Assembly: GCA_964016885.1 (NCBI GenBank)
Contig: OZ024743.1
Coordinates: 181,908,001-181,972,000 of the forward strand
Direction: 5' to 3'
Source: Eledone cirrhosa
Taxonomy: Eukaryota
Length of the DNA: 64,000 bases
The position numbers were made by a program, and so were the translations under genes. Positions 29,601 to 43,570 of the stretch are shown one piece after another (position 1 is the first letter of the stretch; every line of letters starts with the position of its first letter). Under the pieces are notes generated by a model that did no database searches, was not told the origin of the DNA, and saw only the letters and a program-made list of their open reading frames with translations.

Positions 29601-32200
29601 CAACAACACCATCAACACTATCACCACTGTCCTCCCCCTGATACCAACACTATCACCATTAACCATCTCCCAACACCAGCAACACCATCAACACTATCAC
29701 CACTGTCCTCCCCCTGATACCAACACTATCACCATTAACCATCTCCCAACACCAACAACACCATCAACACTATCACCACTGTCCTCCCCTTGATACCAAC
29801 ACTATCACCATTAACCATCTTCCAACACCAGCAACACCATCAACACTATCACCACTGTCCTCCCCCTGATACCAACACTATCACCATTAACTATCTCCCA
29901 ACACCAACAACACCATCAACACTATCACCACTGTCCTCCCCCTGATACCAACACTATCACCATTAACCAACTCCCAGCAACACCATCACCACTGTCCTCC
30001 GCCTGATACCAACACTATCACCATTAACCAACTCCCAACACCAGCAACACCATCAACACTATCACCACTGTCCTCCCCCTGATACCAACACTATCACCAT
30101 TAACCATCTCCCAACACCAACAACACCATCAACACTATCACCACTGTCCTCCCCTTGATACCAACACTATCACCATTAACCATCTTCCAACACCAGCAAC
30201 ACCATCAACACTATCACCACTGTCCTCCCCCTGATACCAACACTATCACCATTAACTATCTCCCAACACCAACAACACCATCAACACTATCACCACTGTC
30301 CTCCCCCTGATACCAACACTATCACCATTAACCAACTCCCAGCAACACCATCACCACTGTCCTCCGCCTGATACCAACACTATCACCATTAACCAACTCC
30401 CAACACCAACAACACCATCAACACTATCACCACTGTCCTCCCCCTGATACCAACACTATCACCATTAACCATCTCCCAACACCAGCAACACCATCAACAC
30501 TATCACCACTGTCCTCCACCTGATACCAACACTATCACCATTAACCATCTCCCAACACCAACAACACCATCAACTCTATCACCACTGTCCTCCCCCTGAT
30601 ACCAACACTATCACCATTACCCATCTCCCAACACCAGCAACACCATCAACACTATCACCACTGTCCTCCACCTGATACCAACACTATCACCATTAACCAT
30701 CTCCCAACACCAGCAACACCATCAACACTATCACCACTGTCCTCCTCCTGATACCAACACTATCACCATTAACCATCTCTCAACACCAACAACACCATCA
30801 ACTCTATCACCACTGTCCTCCCCCTGATACCAACACTATCACCATTAACCATCTCCCAACACCAGCAACACCATCAACACTATCACCACTGTCCTCCCCC
30901 TGATACCAACACTATCACCATTAACCATCTCCCAACACCAGCAACACCATCAACACTATCACCACTGTCCTCCCCCTGATACCAACACTATCACCATTAA
31001 CCATCTCCCAACACCAACAACACCATCAACACTATCACCACTGTCCTCCCCCTGATACCAACACTATCACCATTAACCATCTCCCAACACCAGCAACACC
31101 ATCAACACTATCACCACTGTCCTCCCCCTGATACCAACACTATCACCATTAACCATCTCCCAACACCATCAACACTATCACCACTGTCCTCCCCCTGATA
31201 CCAACACTATCACCATTAACCATCTCCCAACACCATCAACACCATCAACACTATCACCACTGTCCTCCCCCTGATACCAACACTATCACCATTAACCATC
31301 TCCCAACACCAGCAACACCCTCAACACTATCACCACTGTCCTCCCCCTGATACCAACACTATCACCATTAACCATCTCCCAACACCATCAACACAATCAA
31401 CACTATCACCACTGTCCTCCCCCTGATACCAACACTATCACCATTAACCATCTCCCAACACCATCAACACAATCAACACTATCACCACTGTCCTCCCCCT
31501 GATACCAACACTATCACCATTAACCATCTCCCAACACCATCAACACCATCAACACTATCACCACTGTCCTCCCCCTGATACCAACACTATCACCATTAAC
31601 CATCTCCCAACACCAACAACACCATCAACACTATCACCACTGTCCTCCCCCTGATACCAACACTATCACCATTAACCATCTCCCAACACCATCAACACAA
31701 TCAACACTATCACCACTGTCCTCCCCCTGATACCAACACTATCACCATTAACCATCTCCCAACACCATCAACACCATCAACACTATCACCACTGTCCTCC
31801 CCCTGATACCAACACTATCACCATTAACCATCTCCCAACACCAACAACACCATCAACACTATCACCACTGTCCTCCCCCTGATACCAACACTATCACCAT
31901 TAACCATCTCCCAACACCATCAACACCATCAACACTATCACCACTGTCCTCCCCCTGATACCAACACTATCACCATTAACCATCTCCCACACCAGCAACA
32001 CCATCAACACTATCACCACTGTCCTCCCCCTGATACCCACACTATCACCATTAACCATCTCCCAACACCAACAACACCATCAACACTATCACCACTGTCC
32101 TCCCCCTGATACCCACACTATCACCATTAACCATCTCCCAACACCAGCAACACCATCAACACTATCACCACTGTCCTCCCCCTGATACCAACAACACCAA
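14625..32200. repeat. 76-bp tandem satellite array, ~17.5 kb, roughly 230 units
   Basis: Consensus ctgataccaacactatcaccattaaccatctcccaacaccagcaacaccatcaacactatcaccactgtcctcccc; period 76 (e.g. 15828 to 15904). Confidence 0.97.
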
Positions 32201-32294
32201 CACAAACAAAACCATTAAAACTATCACCATTGCCTACCCTTCCAACATCAGCAACAACACTATCAACCCAAGCACTGCCGCCCTTAATACAGTG

Positions 32295-32415
32295 GAACGG
32301 AAGATATTCAAATCCTTGAATTTATATGACTACTTCCCTTTTGTGCAGGTCACATGCGAGACTTCCGATGTCCTCAGTCCTCCGACTGATATTTTCCTCC
32401 ACAAAATCGAAGAAA
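32295..32415 (+). pseudogene. Decayed CRE-like C-terminal fragment
   Basis: FPFVQVTCETSDVLSPPTDIFLHKI, homologous to the fragments at 845 and 6275. Confidence 0.5.
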
Positions 32416-32817
32416 GGAGCCCCTTGATACAGTATGGCTGATGCAGCGGGTTTCGCTGGCTGTTCTCCGCTACAGTGCCCCTTCCTTCCTCTTTTCTGTG
32501 GGTAGCAGCAGAGATATACCATCCAGCCAGGGACATAGAGTGTGCCCCTCCCTTCCTCCTTTCTGTGGGTAGCAGCAGAGATATATACCATATAGTTTAA
32601 TACTATTTTTAAATACTTTCATTATTGAATCCAATCCAATCCGATCTAGGGCTTTCTCACTCCTGTTGGAGGAACCCCACCTTGGTTGACCTCAATCGCT
32701 TTCTGTTTCGGTTTATATCAGGGGTTCAATTTCGGGTTGGTGAGGCTATTTAACCCATAGTTTTGTTTTGGTTTTTTATGCTGCTGGACTTCCACTTACC
32801 ATCCTCACCAGATGATG

Positions 32818-33132
32818 GTCTTGTTGGGGGAGTTGGTTTAGTCACCACTCGATTATGAAGCAGGTTGTACATGGTTACTTGGTAGCAGTCAGAAGCCTGA
32901 CATGACCTGACCAGATCAGGGTCTGGTGGGGGAGCTGGCTTAGTCAACGACCATTTGACCAGGAAGCAGGTTATACTGGATTACATGGTACTTGTAAGAG
33001 TCAGAAGCTTGCCTGACCAGACTAAAGTCTGTTGGGGGAGCCAGTTTACTTGCTGACCATTCCGCCAAGAAGCAGGTTGTACTGGGTTACATGTATCCAG
33101 TAACAGTCAGACGCCTGACCTGACCTGTCAGG
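32818..33132 (-). repeat. Three degenerate ~100-bp tandem copies of an RTE-derivative 5' end
   Basis: gcaggttgtactgggttacatg..ccagta matches 61395-61485. Confidence 0.6.
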
Positions 33133-33319
33133 TGGATTGGCAGTATCGGTAGTGGGTCGGACGCTATGCTTTGTAGCATAGAGTTACGCTCCTTTCCGGT
33201 CTAAGTTCAAATCCCGTCGAGGTAAACTTTGCCTTTCCTCCTTACGAGGTCGATAAAATAAAGTACCAGTAATGCACTAGGTAATTGCTGGCCTTGTGCC
33301 AAATGTAGAAACAATTATT
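33130..33319 (+). mobile_element. Complete tRNA-derived SINE
   Basis: A box tggcagtatcgg, B box agttcaaatcc, body and ATT tail. Confidence 0.85.
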
Positions 33320-33426
33320 GTATATTTCTCTATAAGTGTACTCTCACAACGCTAAAATCCTCCCTGTTATCATTGACTCCGAAAGCCTCTGCATGGCCGC
33401 TCGACGTGCTAGAAATAGAAATACGA

Positions 33427-33493
33427 TTACTACCACTGCTACTACAACGGCGGCTGTTACCGCTACTACTACTACTACTACTACTACCGATGA

Positions 33494-33524
<31 letters not shown>

Positions 33525-33601
33525 GCTACTACAACAGTGGATGTTACTGCTACTATTACTACCGATGATACTACTACTACTACCATTGCTGCTGCAGCTG
33601 T

Positions 33602-33632
<31 letters not shown>

Positions 33633-33642
33633 GCTGCTGCTA

Positions 33643-33680
<38 letters not shown>

Positions 33681-33714
33681 ACTACTACTACTACTACTAC
33701 CACTACTGCTGCTG

Positions 33715-33749
<35 letters not shown>

Positions 33750-34014
33750 ACTACTACTACTACTACTACTGCTGCTGCTACTACTACTACTGCTGCTGCT
33801 GCTCCTGCTACTACTACTACTGCTACTACTACTGCTACTACTACTACTACTACTACTACTGCTACTACTACTACTACTACTGCTGCTGCTACTACTGCTG
33901 CTGCTGCTACTACTACTACTGCTGCTGCTGCTACTACTACTACTACTACTGCTGCTGCTACTACTACTACTACTGCTGCTACTACTACTACTACTGCTAC
34001 TACTACTGCTGCTG

Positions 34015-34055
<41 letters not shown>

Positions 34056-34107
34056 GCTGCTCCTACTACTGCTCCTACTACTACTACTGCTGCTACTACT
34101 ACTGCTA

Positions 34108-34139
<32 letters not shown>

Positions 34140-34450
34140 ACTGCTGCTGCTGCTGCTACTGCTGCTGCTGCTGCTGCTACTACTACTACTACTACTACTA
34201 CTCCTACTGCTACTGCTACTGACAATGTCATTGTCCTCGTTATTAACATTCTTTATGTCATTGTCATTATCATTCTTATTAACTGCTGCTTCTGCTGATG
34301 TTGTTGCTGCTATAACTGCTGTTTATGCTGTTACTGCTGCTGTTGTTGCTGCTGCTACTACTGTTACTACTGTTGCTGTTGTTGCTACTGTTACTTCTGC
34401 TGTTGTTACTTCTGCTGTTGTTGTTGTTGTTGTTGTTGCTGCTGTTACTG
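33427..34450. repeat. Compound (CTA)n/(CTG)n and (GTT/GCT)n trinucleotide repeat
   Basis: Direct reading; explains the poly-T/A/L/V ORFs. Confidence 0.95.
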
Positions 34451-34531
34451 CAGCTGTCGTTATTTTCATTCAGGCAGAAGTAGGTGACTGAGGATTGATA
34501 CGGGTTGAAAGCCCCAGACGAGTGACAGCTG

Positions 34532-34569
<38 letters not shown>

Positions 34570-34668
34570 AAAGGGAGAAAGACCAGAACCACCATTACAA
34601 TCATATCATCCTCACCACCCAACACCAAATGACAACCTCGCCTCCTGCCCTACAATCTACAATCTCGA

Positions 34669-34731
<63 letters not shown>

Positions 34732-35252
34732 AGACAGACACACAGTAGAGCCAGTCAGAGAGAGTAAGGGTGTAAGACCACAACCACCATTACAATCATC
34801 CTCACCCCCCAACATCAAATTACAACCCCATCCTCCCTTCTATCTAACATGTCGTTCAACCTACCACTTCCCGCCACTCGAAAATTTACTGAATGAGTCG
34901 AGACTCCGAAACACCAGCGGGAGAGTCGATCAATATTTGAACGCATTCTGCTTTTCACAAAGACAAAACAGTCACACAAACGCAGCATGCATGCACAAGT
35001 CGTGTGCGCATGCGTAGTTGCACTCTTTCACAAAACCTTGTTCTACACGTCAGTGTCTCAAACTCATAAACTCACACACGTACAGCAAATACATACATAT
35101 ATATATAATATATATATATATATACACAATGCACACACATGTATATATATATATATAGTGAAAACTGGGACGGGAACAAAAACAGAGAGGCAGTACAAAC
35201 AAAGGTTTATTAGGTTCACGCTCTTGAGTTGTAGTCAAGGTTGCGGATATAT

Positions 35253-35292
<40 letters not shown>

Positions 35293-35589
35293 GAATAAAC
35301 AAGAGAGATGAACACTAATATAAACATACATGTGTTTGAATCGTAAGGACTAGGTTAGCTAGGGTGAAAAAATACTAACTACAGCAATATGGTTTGTCAG
35401 ACTTAATTTTAAGTAGTAAATTAAGAAAAATAACAGACCTATATCGGGCAAATAGCCTGGTAACAACTAATTATATATATATATATATATATCTGGATCG
35501 ATCGACTTTCGTCAAATCGGACCGAGGAAACAATGTTTCCGTCGGTCTTTCCAGCTGCTAATACTATCTATCGGTCGCAACTCCAGGTA

Positions 35590-35927
<338 letters not shown>

Positions 35928-36006
35928 CTATATATATATATAATCTATCTATCTATCTCTCTCTCAGCCGTCGGGGTGTTACTTGTTCCTATATAGATAG
36001 ATAGAT

Positions 36007-36038
<32 letters not shown>

Positions 36039-36043
<5 letters not shown>

Positions 36044-36232
36044 TACAAGTAACACCCCGACGGCTGAGCTCAAGCCGTTTCGACGGCTAATTCTGTACAG
36101 AATTAGCCGTCGAAACGGCTTGAGCTCAGCCGTCGGGGTCTTACTTGTTCCTATTACCCACTCTACTACCCTAAGTATTGAGTACTTTGGTGTGTTATGG
36201 TCCATCTGGTTCCTTACCACATTTCCTTCGTT
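36039..36232 (+). mobile_element. Palindromic fold-back insert with the 3' half of a hammerhead
   Basis: Spacerless palindrome centred at 36096/36097; GAAA-CGGCT..AGCCG-TC; tail hairpin at 36160-36183. Confidence 0.75.
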
Positions 36233-36374
36233 ATATATATATATATATATATATGTAAAGAGAGATATATTTTAATTTTTAATTATATCTCATATAAAAT
36301 AATACAATTAGCTTTCCACAAAATACATATAGTTAGCACCCCAAACACAAAATTGGGATTATACTAAGGTATAT

Positions 36375-36440
<66 letters not shown>

Positions 36441-36444
<4 letters not shown>

Positions 36445-37411
36445 AAGAATTAGTATATCTACTAACATATATATACAGATTCATACTTATGCCAGCAAAT
36501 ATATAGGTTTTGTCTTAGTAACTTTGTGGTTCAATGCATGGGGATGCAGAACAATAATATGAAATACGTAAAATAAGAAAATTATAAAAATTAACTTACT
36601 AAAATTTCACTCCAACTAATTAGTTTCTGAAAGGGAATAAACATAGTTTCTGAAGAAACGTACGGAGAAGCCTTTCGTCATCAGGGAAGTCTATTCTCAG
36701 CTAAGTTTCCAGGCGATGCGTGGACACAGGGAACTTATACAAAAATAATTCAGTGGATGGAAAAAAGCAAAGCGTGGACTAAGTTCCAAGCCATTGAAAA
36801 AATCACTGCCTACTGCGTCGGTGGCAAATTTTAGTAAGTAAGTTAATTTTTATAATTTTCTTATTTTACGTCTTTCATATTATTGTTCTGCATCCCCATG
36901 CATTGAACCACAAAGTTACTAAGACAAAACCTATATATTTGCTGGCATAAGTATGCATCTGTATATATATGTTAGTAGATATACTAATTCTTTATAATTA
37001 TCTCCAAATTATTTTGTTGAGTCAAAATTAGCCAAAACTGCTACTATAGTTCATAGTAATGGTTCGGCTGCTGTCTTCTTAACAAACCACTCCTCACTGA
37101 TTAACCTCGATGTCACGTGATTGATTCTTTTGAATTTGCCACCGACGCAGTAGGCAGTGATTTTTTTCAATGGCTTGGAACTTAGTCCACGCTTTGCTTT
37201 TTTCCATCCACTGAATTATTTTTGTATAAGTTCCCTGGTGTCCACGCTTCGCCTGGAAACTTAGCTGAGAATAGACTTCCCTGATGACGAAAGGCTTCTC
37301 CGTACGTTTCTTCGGGAACTATGTTTATTCCCTTTCAGAAACTAATTAGTTGGAGTGAAATTTTAGTAAGTAAGTTAATTTTTATAATTTTCTTATTTTA
37401 CGTCTTTCATA
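36441..37411. mobile_element. Inverted plus tandem non-coding hammerhead element, 532-bp unit
   Basis: 36441-36830 is an inverted copy; 36831-37411 starts and ends with the same sequence (period 532). Confidence 0.85.
37275..37356 (+). ncRNA. Type I hammerhead ribozyme (mirror at 36609-36690, minus strand)
   Basis: acttcc-CTGATGA-c-GAAAGG...CCTTTC-a-GAAA-CTAATTAG-TT-ggagt; palindromic stem III ACTAATTAGT. Confidence 0.8.
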
Positions 37412-37420
37412 TATATATAT

Positions 37421-37643
37421 GAAAAATCCTGGTCTGTTTATTGAATTTGGATTTTAAAAACCAAATTCAATAAACAGACCAGGATTTTTTCATTCTGAGG
37501 ATTGAAAGCAAAATCTTTTGCTTTTAAGAAACCACTGGTAAATGGAATAATTGCCTTATGTTGTTTATTACATAACTATTAAGCTCTGTTACCTACATAG
37601 AGCACTCTTTTTTCCTGGACTTTTCCGACGGAATTACTTCACA
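37421..37643 (+). mobile_element. Short fold-back hammerhead element in (TA)n
   Basis: Hairpin 37422-37489, then a hammerhead, then the tail hairpin at 37583-37603. Confidence 0.8.
37489..37547 (+). ncRNA. Type I hammerhead ribozyme, intact core
   Basis: ttcatt-CTGAGGA-ttgaaagcaaa/tttgcttttaa-GAAA-ccactgg-TA-aatgga. Confidence 0.85.
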
Positions 37644-38304
37644 TATATATATATATATTCGCTTCAATACAACGCACGTAAATGGGTAGCTTCAATATAT
37701 ATATATACGGAAAGAAAAGGTTATCTCTGATCCAGACGAAGCGTGAGTGTATTTCAATACATGTACAAATGAGAAAACTCATCGCTAGAACAACCATTAA
37801 AACAGCCAAATGCTTTCAAAGACAGAACTGCCTCAGAGGACAGAGACCAGCGTCCAGTGGTCAACAGAGAGATAATCCCACCATGTGTTTGTGTGTGTGT
37901 GTGTGTGTGTGTGGGTGTGGGTGTGGGTGTGTGGGTGGGTGTGTGTGCGCGCGTGTGTGGGCGGGCGTGTGTGTGTGTGTGTGGTGCGGTGAATTACGTT
38001 AAAAATGTTATATCCACATGTTTGTCACCTATCATTTATGTCGCCGCACCGTATTGTGTCTTTCTTCTCCTACTAGTTACTTTCAACTCCTCCTTTTTCC
38101 CCTACTACTTCCCCGTATAGACATAACGTTTCCTCTTTCTTTCATCTCCCTTTATCCATCTGACTGATGTCTCTTCTCTCCTGGCTATGTAACATATGGA
38201 GCTAAACTTCTCGAAAAACTTTGCATCTTAAATCTCAAACTGCAGCTTGTCTATAATTACTGTAATATCAAATATATTACTGAATCAAATATATTACTGA
38301 ATAA

Positions 38305-38471
38305 GATGGTCGGATAACATCCATGAGTTTGGCGGGTCTCGCTTGGGGATCCAGCCGGATCCAGTTGGAGATGGTTGCTTCTGACAGGACCCGCTGAAAA
38401 GAGTGTTTGAGGACTTTGCCCCCACGACCCACCTCAGAAATAAGTGAGCAAAGAAGAAGAAGAAGAAGAAG
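38305..38471 (+). mobile_element. 3' end fragment of an RTE-like LINE with (GAA)n tail
   Basis: RWSDNI...LEMVASDRTR.K remnant followed by gaagaagaag. Confidence 0.55.
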
Positions 38472-38992
38472 GAACGTTTGCAACCTTTGAGCCGTGCAGT
38501 AAAATTACCTCTCACACAAGGACATTAGTTTTTTATAACTAGTATGTTGACCTTTTTAATTTAACTAACTTCTTGTAGAAAAACAGAGCAATAACTCTCT
38601 TGATTTGACCCATGAGTTTTGTTCGCTGTAACTTGACCATTTCACCTGCACAATCTTTACTGTAACTTGCTATTTGATCAATTTCATGGTTGAGCGATCA
38701 AATACTATAGTAACATAATATTTATAAATTACATTTTGTCTCTAATTTTGTCATTTCTCTATTTTTCTTACTAACTTTCGTAAATATGCTGGAAATTTTA
38801 TCAGTTTGCCGGACTGTTTTACACATATATTACAATCAATTAGAGTAGATTTATGTATATTTCTTAGTTTACATTTACGACCGTTGTATAAAAGAAGAAG
38901 AAAAAGAAAATGAAAAAGAAGAAAATTTATCCAAACAATTAGTAAATAAAAACTCCCACTAGGGATTCTTAAAATCTTATATATATATATAT

Positions 38993-39059
<67 letters not shown>

Positions 39060-40685
39060 TGTGTGAACAAAGCGGTTGACTTGAGAAACACTGAGACAAT
39101 TTTAGGTATGAAATATCGCGTCCCAACACAAATCACTATAATAATGGAGACGGCGGTTCAATTCCTTGCAGGCGTCCCTCCACTTTTTTTTCTTCTCCAG
39201 GGGGTATGTCACTTGATTTTCTCAGCTATCAATTATAGGGATTAGTTATTGTAATGGTCATTTGGGTTGGAAGGAACACATTTCAAATTTAAAACTATAA
39301 ATAAAGGTGACAAGTCCAGCCAGGCGAGTTCCTCGAGATTTTTGGACAATATAGACAATGAAGGATAAAGTAGAACCTCCTTGGTATGAGCCCACCCAAA
39401 GCGTAAAGGATTTCGTAATCTAAGTTTAAATCTTTCAACATAATTTTATATACCTTCATTAAGAATAATAATTCTAGGTTATAGTTACATTTGAGCCTAG
39501 GTAACGTCGGGTATTCTGCTACTATATATATAATGCCCAGAATACTTTATATACGAGATTAAGAACAAAATAAAAGAAGATAAAAATGAGTTCAAATGAA
39601 ACTTTGTCGATTATCTTTGAGAAAAGATTTACAATTGTCGTAACGAAACTAGGGTAAAAACAATTGAAAGAAAATCAGCTTACAGTTTTTACTCTATCAT
39701 TCATATTATAGACTTGAAATCTGAAATGTCATATTATTTGAAACGTCATATGATCTGCGACCTATTTTTATTGTATTTTTCTCTTCATTCATAACTGATG
39801 CAAGAAAAGCTTAATGGCCAACGAACTTGATTCCTTCCTATTATAACCGGAGCGAAAAGGCGCTAGAACTGCTAATAGCAGACGACCGACTTCACACATT
39901 ACGATTAATGAATGAAAATTTGAAACAGTGAGTCTGATTTCTGAATGCAATGTTCAGTAAATATGAATGCACGCTCAATCCTGAGCTGAAACAAGCGGCC
40001 ATTGATAAACAAGGCTGCTGATATTAATTCCCGCTTTTTACTTGCATGATAGCTGTCTTTCTTGCCGATGTGTCTGTCTCATCGCTTGATTGCTTGCTTC
40101 ACGGTTCGTGTGTATGCTGTTAGCTAGTTAGGGAGTTTGGCCTGGATGAGTGGATGGATGATGGATGATGGATGAACGTCTATGTAGCTAGATAGATAAA
40201 TACATAAGTAGGTAGGTAAGTTTTATGAGGGTGGATGCTTTCTATCAAAGCCCAGATTTCCCCTTAAATATGAGCGTTAAAGAAAACATTGAATACTAAA
40301 TGTCTTGAAATTGTCTCCCCTTTTTGTGACTCACTAACGTCTGCCATTTCCAAGGGGATGTTTTACATTTATTATGAATATTTTTCACATGGCATTCAAT
40401 AGATCGACACCTACACCGCCATTGACATTTTTGAGATATTTTCCTTCGCTCACACATTTAACCTTTTCATCACCATATTTCTAATGAAAGGCAGTCTATT
40501 ATTTTCAAAATTATTTGAAAATAACCAAGAATTTGGAGTAGTTTAGCAATATAACTAACCTCATTTATAAGCTGCTATTTCGACCATAACTTAACAAAGG
40601 CTTTTAAATAAAATTATGATGAAAAGCGGCGATGCATTTCTTTTACAAGGTTTTTTATATGAAATCGTGTGTTGAAACAAATCGT

Positions 40686-40810
40686 TATATTTGGGGAAGA
40701 TCATGTTGTCCTAATATTGCCAAAAATATACTGAAAACCAAACCAAACAGTGAGTGTGTTTTACTATTTTGGGGCAATATTAGGACAACATGACCTCCTC
40801 CAAATATAAC
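40686..40810. mobile_element. Small fold-back (MITE-like) repeat
   Basis: Imperfect inverted arms 40686-40729 and 40765-40810; the right half recurs at 655-838. Confidence 0.6.
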
Positions 40811-40916
40811 AATATGATGAAAAGCTTTAGATAAATATAAATATTTTAAAACAGTTTTGTATCATAGAACCAGGTTTGGTATCAAAATAGTTAAATAGTT
40901 TCAATGTTAAGTGTGT

Positions 40917-40953
<37 letters not shown>

Positions 40954-41165
40954 AGTATAGAGATTAACAGACGACAAACAAATGAACAAATAAACAGAGT
41001 GAGAGACAATGTGACAAAAGGTATGAAACAGAGAAAGAAGTGAATGAAAGATTTGTGTAAATATGTCAGCATGTCAATGAAAATATAATTTTCAAAATAG
41101 TTTTATCAGGTACAGATATACGCACAGGAACATAAGCGCGCGCAAACACACACACACACACACAC

Positions 41166-41209
<44 letters not shown>

Positions 41210-41210
<1 letters not shown>

Positions 41211-41412
41211 TTAATATAGAAATGGCTTCTACATGATAAGAATGTTTCATTCAAAAGAAATCATCAGGAAATTGAGCGTTGCTGATGATTTCTTTTGAAT
41301 GAAACAGTTCTAGTCCTGTAGAAGCCATTTCTTTATTAAACATGGTTTTACACCCTACTAATGAATTGAGTAACTTACTTACTGTGGTTACCCCCGATTG
41401 AACCCGGGACTC
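41210..41412 (+). mobile_element. Fold-back hammerhead element, family H1
   Basis: CTGATGA at 41282, GAAA at 41301, GTA at 41318; inverted 5' arm; tail as in 5619-5686; (TA)n on both sides. Confidence 0.8.
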
Positions 41413-41434
41413 ATATATATATATGCGTATATAT

Positions 41435-41566
<132 letters not shown>

Positions 41567-41807
41567 TATGTGTGTGTGTGTGTGTGTCTTTACTGGACAT
41601 TCTGTTTCTCCATTGTGACTCTGTATCTATTTGTACTCCTGAAGAAAAGCCTTAAGCCCAACACGTCGAACTTTCTTTCCTCTTTCCAATAAAAAGCGTG
41701 AAACTAAGAAGACTTTCTGTATTTCTTTGCTTGTTGTCTCCTTCAACTATATATATATGCTATTTCAGAGCTCCAACACAAATATATATACATACATACA
41801 TATATAC

Positions 41808-42393
<586 letters not shown>

Positions 42394-42394
42394 G

Positions 42395-42457
<63 letters not shown>

Positions 42458-42765
42458 TTTTATTATAGAAGTGATTCTACAGGACTAGAACTCTTTCATT
42501 TATAAGGGCAGTCGAGCTCATGACTGGCTCAGGCCCATTTTTTATGGTTGTCGATGTAGACACAATTCATCTATATGGAATCAAAGTGAAATGGCCTTAC
42601 TTGAAAGTTTTTTTTTTCTCAAAATCTTCAATGACGTAAGTACAGTGAAATGACTACACTCTATATCACGGTCTCTTAACACCCTTGTTTGCCAACTTAA
42701 GTGTTGTATTTTTGGTTTTGTTTTCATTAATTAAGTACAGATGATCGAGACGTGTATAATCAATT

Positions 42766-43152
42766 ACTCTTGGATCCCAAATAATAGGGAGGTGTTGGAA
42801 TACGTGAGAGAGGTTGTGATAAACGGAGCAGTTGGAATAAGTGGGGGTGGGTGTTGGAAAATGAGTAATTTTTCTAGGTTGTTTAGTTTACATATTTACA
42901 TTTTCTAGTCGTTTAGTTTACATATTGAGACCCCAACCCATCCTATTTATTTTATAACGTATGGGAATTTTATTAATGTACTTTTTGGCCATGTGTAATG
43001 TTTTTAATATCTAAAGAAAAATTTTGCTGGAGTTAGATTAGCAAAAGTTAATAAGTGGTAGAGGACGGAATAAGAGCGAGGAGAGGGGCTGGAAAAAATC
43101 TGAAAAATTAACGAGCGGGGGTGGGGGGGGGGAATTATTCGAGACATGAGAG
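42766..43152. mobile_element. Degenerate TIR element (MITE-like); partial second copy at 49178-49390
   Basis: Ends tactcttggatcccaaataa and ttattcgagacatgagag are imperfect inverted repeats; internal 42908-43020 recurs at 49178-49280. Confidence 0.45.
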
Positions 43153-43454
43153 GAATTCAAAACCCATAAATTATTTTGAATGCTTTACGGTATTCGTTCC
43201 GGCTCTCTGCTCCGAGTTCGGTTGGAAACACCGCAAGGTACATATACGAATAAAAGAACATATCTACACGAGTGCTTCTTCTGTTAAAAAGAAAACAAAC
43301 AAAACAGCCCATCTACGGAAACGTCAAGACAAATATATCAAAGGTACCAAAGATGTCACTGGATATAACATAAGAAAAACTAAGATTTCATCGCTCCTTG
43401 TCGAAACAATGATCCGAGAAAGTGAACCTATTTTACAGATTGTATGTCTGATTT

Positions 43455-43570
43455 GTGAAGATGTGTGGCTTAGTTGTGAGATAACTGGATTCGCTATCAT
43501 GAGGTTGCGAGTTCAATTCTCGGATCGGGCAATGCGTTATGTCCTTGATCAAGACATTTTATTTCACGTT
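43455..43570 (+). mobile_element. Degenerate tRNA-headed SINE
   Basis: Homologous to 35590-35713. Confidence 0.65.

Noticed and set aside
14625-32200. CRISPR array or repetitive protein gene
   Set aside because: No unique spacers; the unit is 76 bp (not a multiple of 3) and contains stops; eukaryotic context
33130-33215. tRNA gene
   Set aside because: A and B boxes belong to a SINE head; no cloverleaf, and it continues into the SINE body
33336-34491. 300-370 aa poly-Thr/Ala, poly-Leu and poly-Val ORFs (mucin- or antifreeze-like)
   Set aside because: Several frames are open simply because (CTA/CTG)n lacks stops in them; no splice or domain evidence
41635-41675. Possible hammerhead (CTGAAGA...acgtc)
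   Set aside because: GAAA box absent and stems weak; too decayed to call
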